This document shows, piece by piece, positions 49,990 to 58,122 of a stretch of 64,000 nt of DNA (positions within the stretch are counted from its first letter, which is position 1; each line of letters opens with the position of its first letter). Source of the stretch: an uncultured Actinomycetota bacterium. GTDB lineage: Bacteria; Actinomycetota; Actinomycetes; Propionibacteriales; Nocardioidaceae. The stretch lies in NCBI GenBank assembly GCA_963830495.1, contig CAWHMS010000001.1, positions 637,917 through 701,916 of the forward strand, in the 5' to 3' direction. The notes below the pieces were generated by a model. That model saw nothing but the letters and a program-made list of their open reading frames with translations, ran no database searches and was not told where the DNA came from. A program made the position numbers and the translations under genes.

Positions 49990-50340
49990 CCGGGTGATCC
50001 GGTTGCTGGGGATGCGGGGCTTACTCATGTGTGGTGGCAGGCTCACGTCTCCAAACGTTGCCAACCATCCCCAGCCCGCATGCGCGCACGATCGGCTGCG
50101 GACGACCGTCACCTGGGACAATGGTCAGGAGATGACCAACCACCGACAGGTCACCCTGGCCACCGTCGTGAAGATCTACTTCTGCGACCCGGCCTCGCCC
50201 GGGCAGCGAGCGATCAGCGAGAACCGCAACGGGCTGCTCCCCAGTGCTTCCCCAAAGGCACGACCTTTCCGGCTACCACCCTGACCTGGAGTGAAGTCCT
50301 GCGTGACCTACTCTCAATACCAACCGATCCATCCGATGTT
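49990..50340 (+). mobile_element. IS30-family transposase C-terminal remnant (frameshifted, no ends recognised)
   Basis: TVTWDNGQEMTNHRQVTLATVVKIYFCDPASPGQRAISENRNGLL corresponds to the IS30 DDE region (tWDnG.Em..H.......vYFcdP.sPWqRGtNEN.NGLLR). It continues in another frame as QCFPKGTTF (rqYFPKGtdl). Confidence 0.5.
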
Positions 50341-50695
50341 GCACCCACCGGTTGAATCCGCCGGGCCAGGGCCCCTGGGTTCAACTGGAACCGCGTCTGC
50401 TCCCGGGCCCTCGGCGACGGGGTCCGTTGAGAGGAGCGGCCATGGGAAGCCGTTGCTATGCCGCGTCGGTAGGCGTAGGTCTGTGAACAGAGCCACCACC
50501 GAGGACGGCCATCTCCGCCTCGAATGCGGCTGTGGAGCGGGATGGCTGCGCAGGCCACGCGTCGCAGATAATCCTGAGGCGCCGGGAAGCACCGACTCAG
50601 ACTGGCTGGCCGATGAGGATGTTTTGAGATGCCAGCACGCGCTCTGGCTGGGTACGAAGACGGCCCACGTGTTTAGGAGGGCCGGTCTGGCCCAG

Positions 50696-51145
50696 TCACG
50701 CGCTGGTGGGCGCGTCTGGGTGTCGAGCGTCGGGGTTCGAGGGCTGGTCGTATGGGCCCAGGAGCAGCGTCGTGTCGGCTTCGCTGGCTGCAACTTCGGC
50801 GATTGCTTTATCCGTGTTGAGCCGGATGACGGTGGGCTGGTCGCCGAGCCGTTTGACCTCCTCGGGACGTGCGGGTCGTTGCTGATCCAGACCGTCGGCG
50901 GGGACGAGTACGCTGCGGAATAGGAACGGGGCCTTGGTCCAGACGAGGATGTCGCGGACCCAGCGTCCGTATCCCCGGGACCACTTGGGCCGGAGCCGGT
51001 CGATCTCTCCGCTGTTGACGCGTATCGCGCCGCGGAATGCGCCGGGTTGCCGTGTCACCCAGCGTTTGCGGCCATACACGACCGCGGCGTAAAAGGCGAT
51101 GACGATGAGGTCGACGCCGAGCACGGCGAGCAGTGCGATCAGCAT
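50696..51145 (-). CDS. DUF2550 domain-containing membrane-anchored protein
   Basis: The N-terminal TM is LIALLAVLGVDLIVIAFYAAVV. Then comes RKRW....GAFRGAIRV......RPKWSRGYGRWVRDILVWTKAPFLFR, which is typical of DUF2550. Confidence 0.7.
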   Translation of the reverse strand: MLIALLAVLGVDLIVIAFYAAVVYGRKRWVTRQPGAFRGAIRVNSGEIDRLRPKWSRGYGRWVRDILVWTKAPFLFRSVLVPADGLDQQRPARPEEVKRLGDQPTVIRLNTDKAIAEVAASEADTTLLLGPYDQPSNPDARHPDAPTSA

Positions 51146-52581
51146 GGGGCCTCCGGGGTCCTGTGGCGTCGTTCCGCGGACGGTGAGCTAGGTGAGTGAG
51201 GTGAGTCATCGGTTGGCCGTCAGCGAGCAAGCGAAGCGCTCGCAGGCCGGGCTAGAGACGTAAGCGCCTCCGCTCACCGTGGTAAACCGTGACAGGCCGC
51301 GCAGTGTCTTCCTGATCGGTCTTTCTGGATGGGCATGTTGTAGGGGCCGTTGTGATCGCCCGCGATCGGACTTTGTCGTGATCTTGGCCAAGAAACTCTT
51401 GGTGTTGATCCATTCCTTCTGCACAACTCGAACAGCCGCTCGGTCGGCGCAGCCGAAGAAGAGCGCCAGCCCACGATCAAATGCCGTCGTCGGGGGCTCC
51501 CTCTGGGAGCATCGGGCCGTACCGGAGTCCCATGCGGATCAACCGGCGCCGCTGAATGTTGATCGTGTCTCGTGGGTTGACGCGTCGGTTGTGGGCGGAG
51601 ATGGGACAGGCCAGCCTCCGTGGGAGACGTCGCGGTTCCGCTTTGTGTGGCCTCTCCCCGTTGTGTAGCCATGACTTCTCCTGATCAACACGGTGAGGTC
51701 GTTCGAATAGTCCAGGCTGGCTCTAGTCGGCCATTGCCAGTCCACCCGGCAGCCCAACAGGCAAGGAAGAGGCGTCCTCGTATGCGATCTCGCGGCATCC
51801 GGCCAATGCCGGCGAAGGTCGCACCCATCGCACATGCAACGACACCCCCTCGCGGTTGCCGACGAGGCTCCATGATCGATCACAACATAACTCTATGGTG
51901 AGCAGGGGACCCTGTCTCCACCCGCGAAGGTGAATCAGCCGCCGCTGTGGACGGCGCTCGAAAGCCGCGAGTCCCCGAAAGGGTCTCGCCCGGACTCGCC
52001 AGCTCTCGCGATAACGGCGACGAACGTCACACCTTGTGCCTAACCCACCTGACGTCGGTTGAGCCAGCCCTGCGCGGGGATCCTCTGACCTATTGACGTC
52101 CGTGACCGACTGGTCATGCGACACGGGCCTGGCGTCATCCCCGACCCCTACGTCTACGGCACCCTCAGGCCACCCGCGGGGTCGCCGATGTAGGGGGCTA
52201 CGAAGATGACTCGACTCACTACCCTTCGCCCCGCAATCGGCTCCTGACACTGGAAGCGGACTGCCGCGAGACGTCCGAACATCGTTTGAGGATTATCCGG
52301 CCCCACGGTTTGGTCCAGGTTGCGTGAGGGTGCTCGGGTCCTCCAGCGGGTCGGTCGAGGAGCGCGACTGGTCACTGGCAGTGGCGGTAGCCACTCTCAT
52401 TCGCGTGGGCCTCGCGCTCGATGGAGATCGTCTCGCGAACTGAGCTTTCGCTACTGGACTTCTGCGGGTTGTCGAGTCAAAGGTCATGTCTACGGCTCCG
52501 GGCCCAGGCGCGTGACCCCGAGGAGTCGCTGTCACGTCAGGCTATTGCTCCGAAACCTCCTCGGTGCCGACGCATCCGGCG

Positions 52582-54075
52582 TCAGAGGCCTTCGATCGCC
52601 CCCAATCGGCCTGAACCGATCGCTTTGGTGAATGCTTGGTGGTCCTGCTCGTTCTGATCTGCATAGCGCTCGGAGAAGTTGGTGACCGACCTGTCGAACG
52701 CGGCACTCTCGCCCAGGTAGGTGGCTATCGCGATTGGGTCTCCGGAGCGAGCGTGCGCACGGGCGAGTGTCCATCCGCACCAGTGGGCGTAGAACGCCAG
52801 AGCGGCAGGGCTGAGCGACTCGATCTTCGCCGAGACCTTCATGTCCCGGAGCTGGCGCCAATACAGGTAGCGGTTTCCCTGCGGGCCCCTGGTCCAGCCG
52901 AGGTAGATGTCGCTCGCGGCCTGCATCAGCCGCTGACCTTGGACGACGCGCTCCCCGGGGTGCTTGTAGCGGCTCTTGGGCAAGTGATCCTCGAGCACTG
53001 ACGCCGTCGCCTCTTTGACCTGCAGGAACAGCGGATCGTTCTGGTCGCGTCCTTGCAACAGAACGATGAATGCGCGCGTTCCGACGCTGCCGACGCCAAC
53101 GACCTTGTGAGCCATGTCGACGAACCGGAACCGCTCGAGGAGATGGCGCCGGTCATCCTGCAGGGTTGCCCTGTAGGCTCGGAACTGATCCTGGATCACG
53201 TGCTCGAACTGCTCGGCGGAGATGCCGTGGCCGCCTTTCAGGTCACGCATCGGGACGACGACCGGCGGGTTGCTGATGATCCGGTACTGGCCGTCCACGA
53301 GCTCGGCGAGCTTCGACAGCGCCTGCAGGCTGTCGCGCGTGCGGGCCTTCTCCGCCGCCTTCCTCGCCCGCTTGGCCTCCTCCTTCGGCGTGCGCTTTTT
53401 CGCAGCCTTCTCGTCGGCCTTCGATGCTGTCTTCTTCTGCTTGGAGGCCTTCTTCCCAAACGTGTCCGTGCTCGCGCCAGCGAACCCCTGGATCGCCGCC
53501 ATGAGCGTCTCCTCGGAGAGCTGTGCGTACCAGACGTCCATGGTCGACATTTCCGCGAACTCGGCCATCGTCTCTCGGTAGCCGCGCACGGCCGCGAGTG
53601 TCGCGTCGCGCGCGTTGGCCAGGTCGAAGCCGTTGTTGCGCGCCGCGATCGTGATGCTCGCGGAGAGGCGTTTGACATCGTATTCGAACGGGCCGGGCAG
53701 CGTCTCGTCGAAGTCGTTCAGGTCGAACAGCAGGTGCCGTTCCGGCGAGGCAAACGCGCCGAAGTTCGACAGATGGGCGTCGCCGCAGAGCTGAACGGTC
53801 AGGCCGGCTCTGGGGGTGTTCTCGAGGTCGGCAGCCATGATCTTGGCGGCGCCCCGGTAGAACGTGAACGGGGAGGCCGCCATCCGGCCGTGCCGCACCG
53901 GCACGAGGTCGGGCTCGCGGGTTTCGTTCTGTTGCTCGAGCAAGGCGATCGGGTCGAATCGGTCGGCCCCCGTCATCCACTCTCCATGGGTTGAGGGAGG
54001 CGTCCGCTCCTGCGACTCCTCGCCCTTCGCTCGACGCTCCTCGACACTTGGATGAGGGATCTTGGCCACGCTCAT
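52582..54075 (-). CDS. DUF2252 domain-containing protein
   Basis: AAGGAGG lies before the ATG at 54075. RHGRMAASPFTFYRGAA, CGDAHLSNFG, LFDLNDFDET and FEYDVKRL are hallmark DUF2252 motifs. A Lys-rich insert (KKASKQKKTASKADEKAAKKRTPKEEAKRARKAAEK) is present. Confidence 0.85.
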   Translation of the reverse strand: MSVAKIPHPSVEERRAKGEESQERTPPSTHGEWMTGADRFDPIALLEQQNETREPDLVPVRHGRMAASPFTFYRGAAKIMAADLENTPRAGLTVQLCGDAHLSNFGAFASPERHLLFDLNDFDETLPGPFEYDVKRLSASITIAARNNGFDLANARDATLAAVRGYRETMAEFAEMSTMDVWYAQLSEETLMAAIQGFAGASTDTFGKKASKQKKTASKADEKAAKKRTPKEEAKRARKAAEKARTRDSLQALSKLAELVDGQYRIISNPPVVVPMRDLKGGHGISAEQFEHVIQDQFRAYRATLQDDRRHLLERFRFVDMAHKVVGVGSVGTRAFIVLLQGRDQNDPLFLQVKEATASVLEDHLPKSRYKHPGERVVQGQRLMQAASDIYLGWTRGPQGNRYLYWRQLRDMKVSAKIESLSPAALAFYAHWCGWTLARAHARSGDPIAIATYLGESAAFDRSVTNFSERYADQNEQDHQAFTKAIGSGRLGAIEGL

Positions 54076-54194
54076 GGTGTCCTCCTTTCCACGCAGCGCG
54101 TTGCGCTCCACATCTACAACCACCACCGCGGCCACACCGCGCTCGGCGGTCACCCAACCATCAGCCGCTTGGACGACATACCATTGCACCACAC

Positions 54195-54945
54195 CTAGGC
54201 GCTGATCCCCTGGGCCGCCGCGAGGTGCGCTTGGCCCTCGTGCAGCGCCTTCTCGTCCTCGTGGCTGCCCGGCTTGAGGTCAAAGACGACCTTCTTCACC
54301 GTTCCAGTGAAGGAGTAGGGCGACTTGGCCGCGTAGTCGCGGTCGACGGGCAGGCCGTTGTCGCGGCCGACGTCCATGCCGGCGTAGGCGGGGAAGCGGA
54401 CGCCGACGGTTCTCCCCATTTGCCCCTCGCCGATCTTCTCGTCGTCCGCGAGCAGGGAGACCGTTCCGCCGGCCGACCGTTCCTGCTGGTCAGCGTCGAA
54501 CTGCATGCGGACCGTGACGTCGCCGGTCGGGATCGGCTCGGTCGAGACCTGCGTGTAGCGCTCGACGCCCATCATCGAGTAGCTGTGGTGCAACAGGCCT
54601 TCCTCGTCCACCCAGAGCGAGAGCCGGGGAACGGATCAGGAAACTCGCCGATCTGCCCGAACCCGACGGTGTGGTGGTTGCGGCCTGTCAGCAGGGCGGC
54701 GCGGGTGGGCGAGCACAGCGCGGTGACATGGAAGCGGTTGTAGCTGAGGCCCTGCTCGGCGACCTGCGTCATGGCCGGCGTCGACACGGGCCCACCGAAC
54801 GTCGACGGGTTGCCGAAGCCGGCGTCGTCGATCAGCACAAGCAGCACGTTCGGCGCGCCCTCCGGCGGCGACGGCGTCATGTTGATCGTCCAATCGGCGA
54901 CGGACGCGTCGAGCGTGCGCCCGATCGTGCCTCCGAAGTTCTACC
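54195..54945 (-). pseudogene. arylsulfatase with large internal deletion and upstream in-frame stop
   Basis: The N-terminal piece is FGGTIGRTLDASVADW....APNVLLVLIDDAGFGNPSTFGG.......CSPTRAALLTGRNHHTVGFG (sulfatase C-x-P-x-R signature). It is preceded by an in-frame TAG and joins directly to a ~138-aa C-terminal piece (..YSFTGTVKKVVFDLKP..). The ~500-aa catalytic core is missing. Confidence 0.7.
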
Positions 54946-55248
54946 CGTCGACGTTGCCGTTCTCACTTGTCCAGGTCGAGCAGCGTCAACCGGGACCACG
55001 TCGCCGAATAGATGCACGGGCCGGGCTCCTCGGCCAACCCTTCGATTCGACGCCAGTGCCGAAACAACCGCTCGAGGCCGAGGAGCCTGGCCGCGGCCCT
55101 CTCGCTGAGGAGGCGTTCCCCGGCCCCCGGGCGCCTGGACGGGCTCGGCCGGGATTCGCGACCGTTGTGACCCCGCGAGAGCAAGCATGGAGAGAACCAA
55201 AAAGCCCTCTGACCTGCACGGATGCAGTCCAGAGGGCGTTCCTGTTCG

Positions 55249-55283
55249 GTCGGGCTGACAGGATTTGAACCTGCGACCCCTTG
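55249..55283 (-). repeat. tRNA 3'-half fragment, copy B of the 35-bp direct repeat
   Basis: Identical to 41817-41851 in the same orientation. It is followed by a local 10-bp duplication GACCCCTTGA (55275-55284 and 55293-55302). No 5' acceptor complement occurs within 100 nt. Confidence 0.8.
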
Positions 55284-55389
55284 ACCCGCAGAGACCCCTT
55301 GAGCGTGAAGTTGGGTGCGGCTGGGTGTGCCAGGGTATGGACTTTCACGCTCAGCAGGTCGCCTTGGTCGGGGTCAGATTGGGGCCGTT

Positions 55390-55411
55390 TGTGACACGTT
55401 CTGTGACACGT
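55390..55411 (+). repeat. tandem decamer TGTGACACGT x2 (12-bp phase)
   Basis: The sequence reads tTGTGACACGTtcTGTGACACGTga, about 105 nt from repeat copy B. Confidence 0.9.
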
Positions 55412-55915
55412 GATCGGCGGCCGCTCAGAGGAGCACGACTCAGTTGTAGCGCACCGAAGGGCAATGTAGAAAGCGGCTCCGAAACGGACGCTCGAACCGA
55501 TGCTGGCGAGGACGATCCGCTCGCGGCTGCGGCTGGAATGCGTCTGGTGTGGTGCGTCCGCTGCACGCGGCCACACCACCACAATGACGGTCACGCCGGT
55601 AGCGCTAGCCTGCCGAGCCAGCAGCAGGAACGAGGGCCATGGTCCTGACCGTGGCGGCCAGCTTGTCCAGCGCCTGTGTGACGGTGGCGGGGTCACCAGC
55701 CAGAGGTAGCGGGTGGCACCTGATCAGCTGCCCGCCTCCCTCGATGACGATCTCTTTGGGCATTGCCTGGTCGGCCTGGCAGGAATGCGTGCGCGGTGAG
55801 GTGCCCCGTAACACATGGGGCTGACAGGCGGCGGTCACGGCCGCGTTGCAGCTGGAGGTCGCCGCGCGTACGTCGAGGCGGTCCCTGTAGCACGCCAACT
55901 GTCTCGGCGCAGCCT

Positions 55916-57985
55916 TCAGTTGGGGCGTGCTGCGGCCCGGCGCCGCCGGACGGTCACGATGAGGGCTCCTGCGAGGGCCAGGACGGCGGCGCCTCCCACC
56001 AGGGCGGTCGTCGACCAGGAGGACGGGCTGGTCGACCCGGGGGTCGAGTCGTCTGTGGCGTCCTCCTCGGTGATGGCGTTGTCCGCTTCGAAGTCGCGGG
56101 TCGGAGTCGTGACGCTGGCCAGGTCCGTGGCGAAGCTCAGGTCGCCGTCGCTGACGGACACGTGCCCGACCACGGTCCCCTCGGCCTCGCCCGCCTCTGC
56201 GTCGAGGGCGAGAAGGACGAGATCGGCGAGGGAGTCGCTGAAGTCGTTGTCCATGACCGCGAGCGCGTGGTTCTGGCCCACCCATCCGAGCAGGAGCGCG
56301 TCCGCCGGCCCGTCGGTCATCCTGAGCACGGTGGTCTTCGGGTCGTGCCCGGTCGTCGGGTCGAGCCCGTCGTCCTGGGTGAGGCCGCCGACCAGTGCGA
56401 GCGATCCGGCGATGCGATCGGGTTCGAGCAGCAGCTGCGTGCCCGTGGCGTCGAACTGGCCCGTGACCCAGACCTGGTAACCGGTGGACGGTTCGGACGC
56501 CGGGTCGGTCGGCACCTGGGGGAGGCCCACCCGGTAGCCGCCGTGGGAGTCCCCGAGGGTCAGCTCGTCACCGAAGAAGCGGGTCCCCAGTCGGGGGGAG
56601 AAGACCCGACTCGTGCTCGCGAGGTCGTCGTCCGCCTCGAGCTCGAGACCGGCAGCGCGCTCGGAAATGCCGAAGGTGCGTCCGGTCTTGGTGTCGAGGC
56701 CCTGTTGCCAGTGCGGGCTCGAGGCCCACGGGTCCTCGGGGTCTGCGATCTTTACCCGGTTGATCACGAACCGGCTGTCCGGCGACCACGAGAAGCCCCA
56801 GGGCAGCAGTCGCGCGGGCTCGTCGTACAGTGCTTGACGGTCCAGGGTGACGACCTCCCCGGTGAGCAGGTCGACCATCCGCGCACCGCTCTCCTGTGGC
56901 CTGTCCGAGGCGCCTTGCCAGCCGTAGATCAGCTTGGTGCCGTCCGGCGACAGCGTGAGCCCCGAGACCTCCGAGCCGCCGGCGTCGTACAGCGCCGGGT
57001 CGAAGTTGGGTAGGTCGAGTCGGTGGTAGACGCCGTCGTCGGCGGTGATGACGAACGCCGCGGTGTCGTTGGCGATGGCTACGGAGGCGCCGCCGACGGC
57101 CAGGTCCCGCTCCAGTTTGAGCCCGCCGTCGCCGATCGGATCGTGGACCGTGGTGGGGATGCCGGGCTCTCCTCGGCGGTCGAGGTTGATGAATGTGGCC
57201 GACTCAACCATCTGCGTGAGCTCCGTGACCTCCGCGTCGCTGGCGTTGGCAGGGTGAATGGTGTCGATCACGACCCGGTGGCCGTCGACGTTGAGGATCC
57301 AGAGTCGAGCCACGTCGCCGGGGTCAGTGAACCGTTCGTGATACGCGGCATGTGCGATCCGAGGGGCAAACCACAGGACCCGTCCTGGGCAGCTGGCTGC
57401 GGGTCTGGTCAGCTCGACGTACAGGCCGTCGTAGCCCCCGATCGTCACCGGAACGGGATCCGTGCCACCCAGCCGCGGCTGAGTCGCCAGCGCGGTCGCC
57501 AAGTCCGCCACCGTCGGGCCGGGATTCGTGAAGGAGGCTGGGAACCCGACCTCGTCGCAGAAGTCGGAGGGGACCTTGTCGACCGTCCAGAACGCGAACT
57601 CACGCACGTTCGGCCCGGAACGGTTCTCGGCGAACGTGCTTCGGTGGAGGCTCAGGAATCCCGCGGGGAAGGTTATGACGGCGCGCAGGTCCGCGACCTC
57701 CCGCGGAAGGTCGCCCCACCCGGAGAACGGCACGGCGTAGACCCCCGGCGGCACCGCCACATTGCGCTCGCCCACGTCGTGGACGAACTCGCCCTTGTCG
57801 TAGTAGAGCGTGCGCGGAGCACCGAGCGGCGTCCGACGGCCGATGGGCGGCGTCATCGGGCTGGCCGCGAGGTGGAGGTGCCTCGTCTCAGTGGCTGCCG
57901 TCGGGTCGCCGGTGCATGCGCTGAGCAGTACGGCGACCGTCGCGAGCGTGGCCGGTAGGCCACGAGTGGTGCCGTGTCGGTTCAT
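55916..57985 (-). CDS. lipoprotein with TolB/PD40-like propeller region and a C-terminal TM anchor
   Basis: AGAAGGAG lies before the ATG. The lipobox is VLLSAC. PD40-like blades are LTLSPDGTKLIYGW and FSWSPDSRFVI. An acidic linker leads to ALVGGAAVLALAGALIVTV + RRRRAA. Confidence 0.8.
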   Translation of the reverse strand: MNRHGTTRGLPATLATVAVLLSACTGDPTAATETRHLHLAASPMTPPIGRRTPLGAPRTLYYDKGEFVHDVGERNVAVPPGVYAVPFSGWGDLPREVADLRAVITFPAGFLSLHRSTFAENRSGPNVREFAFWTVDKVPSDFCDEVGFPASFTNPGPTVADLATALATQPRLGGTDPVPVTIGGYDGLYVELTRPAASCPGRVLWFAPRIAHAAYHERFTDPGDVARLWILNVDGHRVVIDTIHPANASDAEVTELTQMVESATFINLDRRGEPGIPTTVHDPIGDGGLKLERDLAVGGASVAIANDTAAFVITADDGVYHRLDLPNFDPALYDAGGSEVSGLTLSPDGTKLIYGWQGASDRPQESGARMVDLLTGEVVTLDRQALYDEPARLLPWGFSWSPDSRFVINRVKIADPEDPWASSPHWQQGLDTKTGRTFGISERAAGLELEADDDLASTSRVFSPRLGTRFFGDELTLGDSHGGYRVGLPQVPTDPASEPSTGYQVWVTGQFDATGTQLLLEPDRIAGSLALVGGLTQDDGLDPTTGHDPKTTVLRMTDGPADALLLGWVGQNHALAVMDNDFSDSLADLVLLALDAEAGEAEGTVVGHVSVSDGDLSFATDLASVTTPTRDFEADNAITEEDATDDSTPGSTSPSSWSTTALVGGAAVLALAGALIVTVRRRRAAARPN

Positions 57986-58038
57986 GTTGGGGCTCCTTCT
58001 GCCGCCGCGTGCGGTCTTGCCCTCAGTTCTGCACCCGC

Positions 58039-58082
58039 GGGGTATCGGCCAGCCGCCGGAGGGGTATCAACGGGGTATCGGG
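58039..58082 (+). promoter_or_regulatory. three direct GGGGTATC repeats spaced 22 and 11 bp (candidate SARP box)
   Basis: GGGGTATCGG starts at 58039, GGGGTATCAA at 58061 and GGGGTATCGGG at 58072. A TTGACG hexamer follows at 58087-58092. The site lies in the 137-bp divergent spacer next to the SARP-type gene. Confidence 0.35.
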
Positions 58083-58122
58083 CGGGTTGACGGCCCCTGG
58101 AAAGGGGCGGACAGTCAAAGCC

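Noticed and set aside
51206-51672. Possible IS3/IS481-type integrase-core remnant on the minus strand.
   Set aside because: I could not align any frame convincingly to the DDE/rve motifs. I report it only as part of the gene-poor tract.
54963-55184. ORF containing ERLLSERAAARLLGLERLFRHWRRIEG, which resembles an excisionase/MerR-type HTH next to tRNA-fragment copy B.
   Set aside because: It would fit the island hypothesis, but the match is a loose pattern over ~25 residues. The ORF is otherwise Arg/Pro-rich, so it is not strong enough to report as a feature.
58087-58116. Sigma-70-type promoter TTGACG (58087-58092) with a -10 element 17-18 nt downstream, giving a leaderless transcript at ATG 58123.
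   Set aside because: The -35 hexamer is good, but the sequence at the -10 position (ACAGTC) does not fit TANNNT. I kept it only as context for the repeat finding.
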